Of a DNA stretch of 64,000 nt, positions 42,070 to 56,189 are shown in pieces; the stretch's first letter is position 1, and each line of letters opens with the position of its first letter. The notes under the pieces were generated by a model. The model was given only the letters and a program-made list of their open reading frames with translations. It made no database searches and was not told the origin of the DNA. This stretch comes from Cyanophora paradoxa CCMP329 (lineage: Eukaryota; Plantae; Glaucophyta). The DNA is taken from the NCBI GenBank assembly GCA_004431415.1, contig QPMI01000401.1:1-64000 (forward strand), in the 5' to 3' direction. The position numbers and the translations under genes are program-made.

Positions 42070-45000
42070 CTAGTAACTAGCGGGTGCCGAGGGCCTGGAG
42101 GCTTCGGCACCAGGCCCAGTCGACGCAGCGCTCGGCGAACAGGGCCAGCGCCTCCTCCAGCCCCCTCGCGTCCCGCGCCGGCCGCCCCACCCACGCCTCC
42201 GGAGCCGGCCCCGCCTGCGCGCGCTGAGGGACGGGCGGGCGGGTGTGGACGAGGGCCGGCACCTCGGGCTGCCCGTCGGTCGCCATCGGCTCCGGCTTCG
42301 GTTCCTCGTCGCCCTCCCCGGCCAGCGAGAGCATCGCCCAGCTGCCCCCGCGCCGTCTCATCGATCCCGCGGCCCAAACAAACAAACAGACAAAGAATCC
42401 AACAAGCTTAAGCAGGCGCACCCGGCCTACAAGCTTAAGCAGACGCACTTAAGCAGCTTAAGCTTAAGCTTAAGAATCCAACAAGCTAAAACAGAAACAA
42501 GCAGGCGCACCCGGCCTTGGCGGCGGCGCGGCCCTGCTCCGTGAGGGCCCGCGGCATCAGCGCCTCCGCCAGCGCCACCGCCTGCGACGCGACCTTCTGC
42601 AGAAGAGACGCGCACGTCAGAGCTCGACGCTGCGCGAAGGAGGAAGGGGAGCATGTACGTCCAGGGCGCCCCCGCCGAGCTTAACGTCCGCGCGCCACGT
42701 CGCCAGGTCCTCCGCCGACATTGAGAAGACCTGCTTGCTTGCGATCAGATTCGAGAGCCGGCGAGGAAGGACGCGGGGCGTGGCGTGGCGGGGCGGGGCG
42801 GGGCGGGGCGGGGCGGGCCCTGGCGAGGCGGTCGCCGGTCTCCCGGGGGTCCCCCAGCAGCAGGTCCGCCGCCTCCCGCACGCGCCACTCTGCGCGGCGC
42901 GGCGCGGGGGGCGCGGTTAAGGCCACGACCCAAACGTGGCCTCGAGAACTCCCAGAGGCATCGGGAAAGAGGCCTCCTCGAGCATTTAACGAACTATGTC
43001 CGAATGCGACAAGCCAGCTGCAGAGCAGGGCCGGCGCGCGCGCGCGGGCCGGGGCGCACCGAGGGTGAGGAGGGCGAGCTGGAGGGCCGAGAGGCCGGCG
43101 GTCCCGTCCTCGTCCGCCACGCCGGCCTGGACGGCGCCCCCAATTCCATTAGTTTATATAAGCTTGCACGATTCTAAGATTAGACTGGATTAATATAAAG
43201 CCTATTAAGACTCCGGATGTTCCAGACGCACCTCGGGGGCGCGCAGGTTGTCCATCCACGCCAGCGCCCGCCGCACGACGCCGCGCTTCACGTCCGGCGC
43301 CTCCCGGTCCGGCCCCAGTAGCTGCGAGCATCCCGGGCCGGCCCGGGCCGCCCACGGTCAGCCGGCCCCGCCGCGCGCGGGGGCGGAACCCGAGGTGCCG
43401 TCCCCGGCCCCGGCCCCGGCCCGGCCCCGAGCGCACCGCCTTGTCGCGGAAGCCGACGGCGCAGTCCGGGGCCAGCAGCCGCTTCCAGAAGGCCTCGCCC
43501 TCGTATTCCTGCGCGCGCGAGCGCGCCAAACAATACCAGTTAGTTGACGGGCGCGCGGGTCCGGGCGGGTCCGGGTGGGTCCGGGCGGGTGGGGGCGGAC
43601 GGTGAGGGGGAAGGCGAGGTCGGCGGAGCGGGCGGTGAAGGGCCCGTGGAGGACGAGGTGCGCCCGGTCCGACGCCCGCAGCGCCTCCTGCGCGGGAGAG
43701 AGCGCCGCAGCGGCGGCCGCGTTGAGTGCGCGGAGAAATAGCCTAAGGTGGCTTAGGTGTGGCGGTAGAGTTAAGACTCTGCCCTGTCGGGCAAGACTTG
43801 CTTGCTTGCTACTTGTCTTAACTCTACCGCCACACCTAAGCCACCTTGGGCTATTTCTCTGGGTGCGGGCCGGGGCGAGGCCCCCGCACCTCTTCGGACC
43901 GGTGGACGCCGTAGTCGTACACGTTGCCCATGAACTGCAACGAGAGGCGAGGCGATCGGGGGCAAAGAAAGGGTCACAGGAGCGGATATGAGGCGTTCTT
44001 TTGGCCCGCGAAGCTAGAGCGCGCTTGTTTAGAAATAATTCAAGACTTGAATTCGAATGGAATTCAAGACTTGAATTCGAATGGAGGCGTTCTCTTAGCC
44101 AGCGAATCCGAAGCTAGAGCGTGCTCGTGTATAAATACTTAAGAAATTCGAAACTCGAAGGGCGCCCCTGGCGGAAGCTGAAGCACCTCCACGGAGGAGA
44201 CCCAGCAGCGGAAGGGGCGGGCCTTCTTGTACGAGGGGCCCTCCGGCGCAGGCGCCGCCGCCGCCGCCGCCGCCGCCTGCAGGCGACGACCGGCGAGTGT
44301 CACGGCCGCCGCGGCGTCGGCGGCGGCGTTGGAGGGCTGGAGACAGACCTGCGCGGAGCCTTTGCGCGCCGAGCCGGCGCGCCGGGCCGCCGGGCGCGCC
44401 CCGATGAGGTCCAGCGCCGATCGGATCGCCTGGCGGGGCGTCGAGTGCTCCCCCCGCTCGCCGATGCCCTGCGCGGGTTCGGCAAAGCGGTACGCGGGCT
44501 CTTCCCAGGCGCCCGGCTCGCCTTGGGGGGCACGAGGGCGAAGAAGGGCTCGGCCATGTAGTCGGAGAGGGGGTACCGCAGCAGGGGCGCCCCCTGCTCC
44601 TGCCCGTGGAGTGCCAGGCCCACGCGGTCCAACTGCGCGGGCGGGCGGGCGCGGCCTCAGACGAACAAGCGGACTGAAAGCCGGCGCGGGAGCGGGGTCC
44701 TCCTCGCGCCTCGCGGGCCGCCTCCTTCTCGGTCGCGTGGACGCTGAGCGGGACCGAGACGCCGTCGTACCGGACCACCGCCTGCCAGCCGCTCGCGACC
44801 CTGCGGCGGCCCTGTGAGCGCGGCGGGAGGCCGGCGGCCGGCTTGCGGGGCCGCACTGGCGGATCTTGCCGAGGCGGCTGGAGGCGATGCCGTTCTCGGC
44901 GCCGCTGCCGCCGCTCTCGTCCGAGTCCGACTCCGCTCGCCTCCTCTTCGCCTGCTGCTGCGGCGCCTCGCCCCAGTCAGGCGGGGCAGCCGCTCCTTCG

Positions 45001-48000
45001 GAGCAGGCGGCCCGCACCTTTGCGGCGGCGGCGGCGCGGGCGGCGGCGGCCTTGCCGGCCCTGCCTGCCGCCTTCTTCTCCTTCTCGGCGCCCTCCGCCG
45101 GCGCGCTCGTCACGCGCGTCGTCCGCTTGAACGACCCGTCCGCGTTCTGGTACGCCTGCGCCGCGCACCACGGCTTAGTCGAGAGAGGCGGCGCTTTGCG
45201 GCGGGGCGGGGCGGGCGGCGGACCTCGGCCGAGTCGCGGTCGATGCCGGCGGCTGCGAGCACGGCGGCCCGCTCCTCCTGCGGCGGGGCGCGGCTCAGCT
45301 GAGAAAGAAAGGCGTGCGCGAAGTCCGCGCAAGGCACCTGCGTGAGGCGGTCGCCGGCCGAGGCCGACTTCGGCTGTTCCGAGGGCCCCGCCTGCCGCCG
45401 CCGCCGCCGCCGGTGAGGACGACGCGGGCGAGGCAGAGGCGGGGGCGGAGGCGGAGAGGCGGGAGGGCGGGCACCGGCCCGCCCTCAATGTGCTCGTCGT
45501 CCGACTCGCGCCCGCTCTCGCACTCCCTCCCGCAGTCCTCCCCCGCCTGGTGCCGCAGCACGAAGTCCCACGCCTGCGCCCCGTGGATATTTAGACCGAT
45601 CCGAACTGCGCCCCGCTGGCTCGGCGGACGGACGGACCTGGCGGAGGTACCGGCGGAGGCGCTCTGGGGCGAGGGACCGCAGCTCCGACTCGTCGAAGAG
45701 TCCTATGCCGCCCTGCCGGCCGGGGCGGAGGCGGAGGCCCAGGCGTCAGCGGAGGAACCGGCCTTGTTCGGACGCGCGAGCGGCGGTGGCGCCGGCACCT
45801 TCGTCTGCACGAGGCGCTTGTAGAACGGCTCCTTCTCGCTGCGGGCGCGCATGCGTGCGTGAGCTCTGGGCCCCGCGCCGCGTCCAGTTCGGCGCCCATT
45901 TCACCAAAGCTAATGTTAGATATTCTAAATATTTAATGGCCAGCGCACTAGTGGCTCGTGTTGAAGCAGAAGCGGCCCGGCGTGAACGCCACTCCGTAGA
46001 AGGCTATGCGCGCCCTGTCCAGATTCCTGCGAAGGAGCACAACAATAAACATGGACGACGGGGTTGAAATACAGAAGCGATTCGAGATACCTCGCGGCCG
46101 CCTGCGGCGTGGAGCACGGGGGCAGGTAGACATGGACCTAGGGGCGGACGAACGGTCAGGCGGGGCCGGGCCCGCCCCCTTTCGCCCGCGCGCACCCCTG
46201 GCTTGAAGCTGAAGCGACCGGACCAGCCGCGCCCGTTCCGGTTGAACACCATCGTCTGCGGGGGCCGGCGGCGCCGTCAGCCCAGGCCGCGCCGGCGTCC
46301 GATCCGATCGCTCCGCTCCGCTCCGCTCCGCTCCGCTCTGCTCCGCTCAGCTCTGCTCCGCTCGATGCGCACCGGGTACTCGCGGGAGGGTACGAGGGAG
46401 ACGAGGGCGCTGGAGGCGGGGGCCGACTTCTGCTGCTTGCGCGAGGGGCCCTTCTCCTTGTCGCCCTCCTGCGGCGGCGGCGGCGGGGGCGGCGGTGAGG
46501 CCGCCCGCCCGCGCGAACGAGCGGAGCGGCCGCACGGGACAAGGCACCTTCGCGTCGCCGTCCTCGGAGGCGGCAGGGGAGGTCCGCGGCCGCTTCGCCA
46601 GCGGCGCCTGCCGGCGGCGGCGTCAGCGGCGGACCGGAGACCGGAGCCGCAGAGCGAGCTCGACGCGGGGGCGCGGGCGGGCGGGCGGGCGGGCGGCGGC
46701 GTCGGACCTTGGGCTTCGGCATGAGCGACTTCTCGCGCTTCGGCGCCGCCGCAGAGGACGAGGAGGCGGCGGCGGCCGGCGCCGAGCCGGAGGAGGCGGC
46801 GGAGGCGGAGGCCCCCGGGGCCTTGGCGCCCGCGTCGGCCTTGGTGGAGGAGGAGGAGGCTGCCGCCTTGTTGGCGGGCGACGCCGCCGCGTCGCCCTTC
46901 TTTGGGGCCGCCTGCCGGCGGGGGAGGGGGCGAGCGGTGAGCCGAGACACAACGCGCCCCGTGCATATCAAAGCGCGTCCTCATCCTAATGTAGTTTAGG
47001 AAGGCTCACCGGGGCGTCCTCGCCCTTGTAGTGGCTCAAGACGAACGTCCACGCCCGCGCCATGGCGGACCTGCTCGAAGTCAAAGGCGAGAAAGCGGGG
47101 GCGCGGCGGGGGCCGCGGCCGCACTTGAGGTCCTCGGCGGACATCGAGTCGAGGTCGGCCGCCGTCAGCGGCTTCGGCGCTGGCGGGGTCGCCTGCGCAG
47201 GTAGGCGGCTTAGAGGGGGCCGGCGCCGGGGCGGGCGGGGCGGGCGGGGCAGACCTTGACGTCTCGGAGGAGGAGGGCGATCCACGGCTCCACGCGGTAC
47301 GTCCCCGCCTCGAACTTGGTCGACGCCTGCGCCCCGCGCCGCCGCCGCCGCCGCCGCCGCCGCGCTGAGCGGCCGGCGCGCGCGGCGGGACGGCGGCCGG
47401 GGGCGCCAGAGCGGACCTCCTCGGGCTCCTTCTTCTCGGCGGCGTCGATGCCGAACAGGGCGATGCGAAGGCTGCCCGCCCTCCGGTCGGGAGGCGGCGA
47501 CGGGGGAGGGGCGGAGGCGAGCGGCGCGCACCGGTCGACGTTGCGGCTGGCCGCCTTCTTGGAGGGGCACCGCGAGACGCGGAACGTCGCCTTCTTGCGG
47601 AGCTTCAGCGTTCCCTGCGGCTTGCACTCGGTGGGCGCGCCCCGGGCGGAGGGCGGGCGGTGGGCGGTGGGCCCCGGCGCGCCTGCCAGCCCTCGCCCTC
47701 GATGAAGACCGGGATCTTGCCCTTCGCGCCCTTCTTCTCCGCGCCGCCCTGGGCCGCGGACGGGCCGGCGGCGCCGTCGGTCGAGGAGGCGCGGGGCGGG
47801 GGCGAGGAGGCCGGCGTCGTGGAGGCGGCGCCGCCCTGGGAGCCGTTCGACTGCTTCGGCGCGACGAGGCACGCGCCCATGTTCTTCAGGAAGTTCACGG
47901 TCCCTGCGCGGCCGCCGGTCGGCGCGCACGCGCGGGCGCGGGCGGCGGCGGCGGCGCGGGCGGCGGCGGGGCGGACCGCGGACGATCTTGATGAAGTCCT

Positions 48001-48552
48001 GGTCCTGCACGCCGATGTCCTTGCCCTCGGAGAGCTCCAGCAGCCGGTCCTTCACGCGCGTGTCGCGGCACCCGACCGTGACCGAGCAGTTCGCCGCCGG
48101 CCCGAAGAGCTCCTTGAAGAACGTCTCCCCCTCGTAGTCTGCGTCCATCGAATCGCGAGCGGCTCGGCGCTGGGCGGTTGGCCCTGCGCGCGAGCGAGCA
48201 ACAGAGCCGCACCCGAGATCTTGAAGTTGATCTTGGACGCGGCGTGCGTGGGCCCCAGCTGCGGCGCGACTCAGGATGCGAACGCGCAGCGCGACGGCGG
48301 GAGCTAGCGAGGCGGGGCACGCGACGTGCGCACCAGCGCGATGATGAAGCGATCATACGTGCGGGCGGCCACAACCTCCTCGGTGGGCGAACCGAAGCAC
48401 ACCGGCGTCCCGTGCGGCGACACGTACTGAGGTCGCCACGGCGCGTCGGGGTCCTTGTCGCCTTTGGGATTCCACACGACGCCCTTGTACTTCGACTTCG
48501 GCTTCCCGTCGTCGTCGAGCTCCTCCTCGCGCTCCGGCTCGCGCGGAGCCAT
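42070..48552 (-). CDS. Host spliced protein with up to five AP2-like domains (3' limit approximate)
   Basis: SKYKGVVW...TEEVVAARTYDR; TPQAAARNLDRARIAFYG; TEKEAARELDRVGLALHG; SEEEALRASDRAHLVLHG; one more degenerate copy. Confidence 0.6.
43733..43859. repeat. 127 bp hairpin/MITE-like element with 45 bp inverted arms, inside an intron
   Basis: GAGAAATAGCCTAAGGTGGCTTAGGTGTGGCGGTAGAGTTAAGAC and its reverse complement with one mismatch. Confidence 0.85.
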
Positions 48553-49101
48553 CTCCGCCCACGCTTATGTACGCGTATCGCAGGACGTATCGCACGCGTC
48601 TTGCAGCGCTACGTCGTATTGTGAGAAGCGCGGGACTTCAAGGCGCCTGTACCCCCGCCGCGTCAGATTCCCAGAAAAGAAGCTTTAAGCTTAAGGGCGC
48701 TGGCGCCGAGCTAGCTATAGCTAGAGTCTCGGAGGGGCCAAACCTAATTTACAAAGCTCATGCTTGGCCAGCTAGCCATGGCTCATCAACAAGAGCTCAA
48801 AAAGGCCGGGGCCGGGCCGGGGCCGGACGTCGACCAGCATGCATGCGAATGTGAATAAAATTAATGCAGTGCCGGCCGATCATCGGATGGGTTCCAACTA
48901 CTGAACTCCATATATACCGGTACCAATTGCAATATTAATATATTGCACTATAGCTAATTATAAACAAGACGGGCCTAGCTATAGCTCTGACGTCGACCTT
49001 AGGCCTTGGCATTTTGCGTTTAAGTGGATGTAGATATTGATCTGAACAAATCGAGGCTATACACACCCTATCAAAACTGTTGAAATCTAATTCGTCTTCT
49101 G

Positions 49102-50628
49102 CTATTGCGCTTCCTGCTGCGATTCCTGCTGCTGCTGCTGCTGCTCTGGGTCCTGCTGCTCCTGTGGTTCTATCATCCGCAGCTGCTCACTGACCTGCGT
49201 TGACGCTGGCGCTTGTTGCGTGGAAGGCTGCCCTGCCACAGGCGTGGAAGCCTGCTTGGTAGGAGTGGAGGCGCCACGGTTGGTTGGGGTACTGCCGCCC
49301 GATCCAGGCTTCCTCCCCGCCACTGCCTTCTTCAGCTTGCCCTTCGCATCCGCTGCCGCAGATGCTGCTGACTTCTCGGATAGGGACGAGCCCGAGGCCG
49401 AGTTCGAACCCCCAGCCGAGAAGATTGAGCGTGACGAGGTTGGAATGCTTTTCCGCTTCCACTTATGCTCGGGGCAGTACGAGACGCAGACTCCATCCAG
49501 CCACGGCTCGATCGAGCGGTAGTGGTGCACAGTGCTACAGGGCAATCGTCAAAAACCTGTGGACCTCGGGGTACAAGCACGGGGGCACACACCTGTGATA
49601 GGATTGGGAGGTGAAGATGTAGGAGTCGTGCAAGGAGACACGGCCGACCGATTTCCTGCTCCCGATCGATTGCTCGCCAGGCCCAAGCCAGATCTCAACG
49701 TGCGTCTGAGACGGGTGGCGTTTCAGGATGTTGGCAGGAAAAACAGCACAAAGGCGCACCATCCCGTGCTTCTGTTTCCTTCGGTTTGGGTCGAAGTAAA
49801 CTCCGTAATAGAAGATGCTGTCTCAAGTGAGGACGGCAGCACGGAAGTGCGCGAAGGAGGCGCGCACAGGTCGCCCGGCTGCAGCTCCTCGTGTGATTTG
49901 ATCCCAGTGTCGGGCAGCATATCAATCTGGTAATTCTGGTTCCAGGGCCCGAGCACTGCAAGCGCGGAGCGTCTGTTAAGCAAGCGAACGCCCACGCGCG
50001 CGCAGACGCACTGAACCCGAACTTGTCGCCGAGCTCTGGTGAAGGGATCTCGAGTCAACTGGCATCGCGCCGCCCTCAGGTGCGCACGCGTACGTACCGT
50101 TCACGGCTTTCCGAACGAGGGCACAGCAGTCCAGGAACAGCGGCGAGTGATACTCCGGATTGTCTGGACTGATGTACTTCTTCGCGTACGGGACGCTAGG
50201 AGTGAAGCGGTCAGCGGCAGAGGGGGAGCAGGTCTCGGCTAAGCGGGAGCACCCGATGTATTTTTTGGCCTGCTCGATGAACGCCTGCCGCAGCGCACTC
50301 TTGAACTCCGGCGAGCGCGACACCTTGGCTGGCCTAGATGAACCGCTGCCTATCCTCGAGAGCTTAAACCGCTCAAAAGCACGTTGAAGGTCGGTCTGGG
50401 AACGCGCGAGGTTAGCTTCATCGATATGCAGAGCAGGCGGTCTAGCTATGGTCTAGCTAAGCGCCGCCCAACGGTTAGCTGCATGCACACAAGGCAGGTC
50501 CGATCTGGTCTAGGCGCACCTCGCCGGCAGCGCTCTCGCCTTCTTTTTTGACTGCCTTCTTCGAGCTAGACCGCGGGACGATGGCAACCGCCTTCCCGCG
50601 CACAGCATCGCCCTCCTTGCCCGCCATG
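49102..50628 (-). CDS. Host NlpC/P60-like (papain fold) protein
   Basis: AKKYIG/VPY...LDCCALVR...LQPGDL...HVEIWLG after splicing. Confidence 0.6.
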
Positions 50629-51051
50629 AGCTGGCGCTCGTGCCCTTGTGCTGGCGTTCGCTGCTCCACCCGCCAAACGTCTAGCTATGCCTCTCGCAGC
50701 CCGCAGCTAGGGCGTGGGGCGCCGTGGGCGCGCCAAGGTGAAGTGGCTGCGCCTGGAGTCGAACCCGGGGCCTGGCACGAAGGGGTACACTTTTTGGGAC
50801 CGTGCTAGAATTCGTATACGTACACGTACCGCGCTAGCGCACGCGTACGTGGCTTCTCGCAGCACTAGTTGACAGAGCCATATACCTGTAGTTCACCGTG
50901 GCCGGCTTTAGGCCCCAGCCGCCCCATGCCTGCAGCTGCATGCAAAGACGGGTACCAATGCAAATGTAGCAGCGCAAAAGGACAAAAAAGGGCCGATGTA
51001 CACAGAAGCCATGCGAAGGGCATCACACCTCGGACAAGGATCATTGGGTGA

Positions 51052-54000
51052 CTAGAACTGCTGCTGAGCAGGTCCCTGACCTTCCTCTGCTTCCGGGGGC
51101 TGCTGCGGCTGTGCCACGCGGGCGCACACGTCCTCCAGCGAGGCGCCCAGAACGAGGTCGTCGTGTGCGCACTGCATGGCCTCGATCATGCGCTCCTGGT
51201 TCCACTCGCTCAGCATGCGGGCACAGTCCGTGTCAAACTCGAAGGGGTCCTCTATGCAGAGTCGCCAGGGCTTGCAGGGAACAGTTTCCGGGAGCTGCGA
51301 CTTTGGGAGGATGTTGCCATGCCGGATCGATACGGCAGACCTCTCGTAATCTAGCAGAAGAATAAGAAGACGCACACATCAGCACAAATGCAAATCACAC
51401 ACCGAAGTTGTAGCCATACTCCTTGAAAAACCCGATGAGGAGATCGGCAAGGGATTCCTTGTTATTGGTCTGCCACACGACATTGACATTGAACCTTTTT
51501 GGGAAGAAAGTAAGCCAGGAAGATCACGGTGTTTCTGTATGCAACGGACCAGCAGCAGTACTGGTTGATCATCCACTGCAGAGCCTCAGCAGCATGTGCC
51601 TGCTGGTTGGCCAGCTGGATGTTTGGCAGGACTGCATGTGCAAAATAAGACAAGTGTGCGATTTAGATTAAACACACTGAACCTGGGGGTGAGCGGCGCT
51701 GAAGATACGAGATGACAAGCAACATGTAGCCGTAAGATGAGAGTGATTGCAACCTGCAAATTGATAAAAATGGATGTGAATAAAGGATGTTGAAAATGAG
51801 CTAACGAGGGATTGTTCAGATCTGCGTTGGGGAATCAATATTCTTGCCAAGCCAAGTTGGGAAAGAGGGGCACAGACTAACCCTTCGCCTTGGCCCATCG
51901 CTTCACCGCCAGACCAAGTGGGCGCACCCTGCACATTCGATTGGCAATAAACAGAGAAATATCAATGGAAGGACAGCAACCTTGGGTCGAGTTTTGTGTA
52001 CTGCCGAAGAAGGGCGGTATTGTGTGTTCCAAGGACGTTGTTCACGCACACATCCGCACTGCACGAATCATCACAGCAAGAATCAAACATGCCAGAAAAG
52101 GATGTCACGAACCACATGCCTGTCTGCTTGCTCCTGATCTTGACCTGCACGCGTACTTCCTGTAAGCAGAGATCTAAGCAGGTGGCCTCTAGGCTTACAA
52201 TGGGGACCCGAGCATGTGCAATGGTCTCCAGCACTTCAATGTTCATCCTCTGCAATGTTGAGGCAAGGTGGTAGTAGGGTTGGCGTGGATTCCTGGAGCC
52301 CATTTGTGCGACCTGCACACCACCATCAATCCTGGAGTCTGGCAACAGCTTCTTCTCAATGCACCTCTATACAGATGTCCACATCGCTACCTTTTACAGC
52401 AAAGCCCGATACACTGCTCCCAAACGGCAGGACCTGTATGAAAAATTAGGAGAAAATCCAGGGGAAAACCCCCATGCAGCTCAAATGTAAAGTCACCTGA
52501 ATGACACCCTCTCGCTTGAAGGACTGGAAGGCAGCTTCTTCAACCTGCTTAACAAGGGCCTCAATGGCCTGTGATTCACTCTTCGACAGCTTGATATCTG
52601 CATCATTTTTCTTGATCTGGTCTGTCAACTTCTGGAGCCCTTCATCTCCAAGTGCAACAGATGGGGGCTGCTGCAAAATGGAATGTAGGTACTTGGCCAC
52701 ACTTTGATAGGCAGCAGGAAACACTCCATCTTTATCTAACAACTTCCTGCTACAAATATTGGCGGCATGTGAAAGGGCAGGGTTTCAGACACGCACAAGC
52801 GACATGCTGACAGAAGATACCTTGCATGCCGCAAGGCATGCCGGCCAGCCGCTGTGTTACAGGCTCCCGAAGCCATGAGCAGGTCAATGACACTCTGTAT
52901 TGTCCTGGGCATGTTCTACAAGACAGGTCAGTTTGCCCATCAAAGGAGCACAAATGAAAATCTCACTTTAGCAACTGTTTTGTTTACGAGTCCTTTCGGC
53001 CCCATCTCCACCATGTGCCGCAGGCTGCCCAGTGTGCTGATGACCTTAGAGGGCTGTGTCGACTCCTGAAGACTTGCCAGAGCAGTCTGCGGTCGGACTC
53101 AAAACCTAAGGAGACGACTCTATGATGCACAGAATGCACACCTGAAAGGCAGTGAGCTCATCCTTCCGTTTCCTCTCTGTGATCTTGTGCTGCATGGTCT
53201 TGACCTCGGCATTGCCTTCCTTTCCGAAAGGAGCGATTTTGCAGGCAGACATGATCCGCTCTGCAAGAGCAGCGATCTCATCCACCTTGACATCTTTTGC
53301 CCGGAGCTTCTCGGAGAGACTCTTGAAAGCCATCTGAAACAGAAAATCGTTCTTACAAAAAGCAATCAAATTGCTTCAAATGCAGAATGGACCTGTGTTA
53401 CATTCCACACTTGATCCACTAGAGGCTTTGGCGACTTCCTGTTCACTGATGCGATGGCAGTGACCAGCTTTGCTGTCGCCTCCATGACGTTGCTGGTGTT
53501 GGCCGCAGTGACGACCTCCTGCAAAAGACTTCCCAACTGCTCCGGAGACACTTGTGCAGGTGCAATACTGCGTTGATTTTGAATTGAAATAAAAAGTGAT
53601 GTACTTGAAAAATTAAAAGAAGCACATTTGATTTGATGCAGCAGGAGATTGGGGTCCTTTGGACGCCTGCACGTTCTGTTGTGGACCAGCAGCGGACCTG
53701 ACAGTTGAACTTGAAGGTGGAGCCGAGACTGGCCGGGGACCACTTCCAGACTGTGAGCTCCTGCAAGATCTTCAGCCATGAATGGTGTGCAATGCCAGCA
53801 TGACATACTGCTTCCCCTGAACGGGTTGTGGTGATGCTGCAGGCTTTGCAGGCGTGATGAGGTGCAGCTTTTGGTGCACAGTGCAGAAGAGGTCAGGAAA
53901 CGCTGCAACGATTCCCTTCTCGCGTCCCACGTCCGCCCAGGCTTGTAACAGCGACTGGACGGCCATCAGGTATAAAGAACCAGACATCTGCTCAAAAGGA

Positions 54001-54950
54001 TACCACATTTCTCCGGAATTCCGACTCGATGTCTCGAAGCTGCTGATGTTTGGAAAGAAGCAATTTTATAGAGATTAAAATCGACTCACGTTCATGGACC
54101 CTCCTTTCGAGGAGAGCAGAGCAACGAGGAGCTCGCGGATGGGTTCCTGTTTCGGAGCTGATGAGGGGCCTGCCCGAGGTGCCTGCAGTTGAGCCTGCGC
54201 TTGCTTCTGGGGCTTTTGTGAGGGTTTCTGATTTGCTTTCTCTAGCTGCTTCTCCTGAGCGATGCCAGCGGGTGCCGCAGCTAATTCCTGATTCGCTGAT
54301 TTCGCTTTCTGCTTCTTCGCACCAGCTGATTGAGGCGGCGCGTCCCCAGGTTGATTGTCGGCTGTTGGGTCGCTTGCTGGGCGTTCCTGTGCTGCATTTT
54401 TTTCGCGCTGCTTCTTCCCGGGCTTCGAATTCGATTCGGCGCCCCCTTTCACGTCGTCGTCGCTGACTGGCGCGTCCTGCGCGGGCGGCTCCGGGGGCGG
54501 CGGGTGCAGGTAAACGATGCCGCGCTGATCGTAGAGTCCGAATCCGCGTGCGAAGCCCTGCATCATCCAAATGCTGCGCTGTTGCATCGTCCTGGCGAGC
54601 CGCGCGTTAGAGAGCATATCGAATGCATACGAAATATGCCCAGCGCCTAGCTGCACATCCGAGGTCTCTTCGATCACTATCGCACTTCGACCCAAGTACG
54701 CGGCCCCACACACTCACATCTGGCCGGCCAGAAGGCTGGCGGGGATCGCGTTCGTAGGCACAGAGTTGAGCTTCTCTACCAGCCACGCGCGTAGCGCATC
54801 CTTCTCTTCGGCCTTCGAGCTCCGCGCTGGCATCATCGCGGTCTGACGCGCTAAGAGCCCGGGAGCCGCTGCTGGCGCAGCCGGCGCTGCTGTAGCTGCT
54901 GGTGCAGGCGTTTTAAGCGCCGCCGCCGCCAACGCCGCCGCCGCCTCCAT
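51052..54950 (-). CDS. Host Cid1/TUT/GLD-2 family terminal nucleotidyltransferase
   Basis: PFGSSVSGFAVKGSDVDICI, ARVPIV, DVCVNN...NTALL..Y...DPR, LL.GFF..Y, LCIEDPFE. Confidence 0.85.
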
Positions 54951-55019
54951 GGCTCGGCGCAGGCGCTGCGTCGTGTCTTGGTACCCCTCACTACGTCTGC
55001 CGGAGGGCTGAAGCCGGAA

Positions 55020-55830
55020 ATGGGGGACGAGGCGGTGGGGGAGCCTGCCATCACAGTGCTATCACAGGTGAGTTCGTGCCGTCTAGCCCCTCTGAACTCT
55101 TAGCTACGCGCCCCGGGAGAAGTTTGTCGCCGAGCGGCCGGCTGCATGCCCACGCGTACGCATTGCAGCTGTATAGGCGGTCCGTGCTGATGCTTCGCCG
55201 CAGTCCCAGGTTGAGGAACTCCACGAGGCGTTCAAGGCCTTCTGCGAGAAGGGCACGGAGACTCTCAGCACGAATAACATTGGAACCGTGCTTCGATCCG
55301 TGCTTTTCACACGTGCGCGCGTCTTGGTGCTCCGCGCTCAGTGTAGCGCTCACTGGCGCTTATACAGCAACGGAGGCGGAGCTAGAACAGATGAAGAAGG
55401 AGCTCACTGAGAACGGCCACGACCTCGCCGTGCCGCTGACGTGGGCGGAGTTCTGCGAGTGCGTCGAGCGGTACGCACAGTACAACCCGCACGGGCCGGC
55501 TCTGCCGAAGGGTGCGCTCTGGGTGACGCGCCGCAACCGCGGCTTGGAATAACAAAAGCGCTCTCAGAGCTGCTGCTGGACGCATTCCGCGTCTTCGACA
55601 AGGACGGGCAGGGCTACATCACCTCGGTCGAGTTGAGGCATATTCTTTCCAATCTAGGCGAGCGGCTGCCAGATGAAGACATTTCCGAGTTTATCGCGGA
55701 ATCCCTCGGCGCCGAGGCGAAGGGCGATCGCATTTCGTACTACGATGTCGTCGACAACCTCCTGGTTCGCTGCTGCGCGCCCTTGCGCCCCTCGAACGCT
55801 TCTGAACGCGCGCCACAGAAACGGATGTAG
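55020..55830 (+). CDS. Host calmodulin/myosin light chain-like EF-hand protein
   Basis: [10 protein letters not shown]; [29 protein letters not shown]. Confidence 0.85.
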
Positions 55831-56189
55831 AGCAGCAGACTGCAGTTTGCGATTCGACAGTTGCCCTACAGCTAGGCGCCCCAATAGCTGATCATAAGTA
55901 GCAGTGTAGCGTAGTAGAGCATAGTAGAGCTTGTACGTATACATGTAGGAATGCTATGGAACTTCGGAACAGCCACGTGACGACATGGGTGCTGCTTTTC
56001 AACCCTCGACCTTCGGCCCTGGCTTCGGGCCACACATCTGGCATTGCTGGCAACCTTAAAGCCGGAATCAGAACCCAGACCTGGCGCATGGCAGGCTGCC
56101 CTCCGCAATAAAGCGGTACCGATGCCATCAATGCTGTACACAAACGAGAAAAAAAAGCGAAACAAATGCGCCCGGCACTGGGCCGGGAC

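Noticed and set aside
42375-42520. AAGCTT-rich local repeats (and the tandem duplication at ~44038-44085)
   Set aside because: Short, probably intronic slippage duplications with no further structure.
34925-48900. Long Arg/Pro/Gly/Ala-rich six-frame ORFs
   Set aside because: Artefacts of very high GC and unspliced introns.
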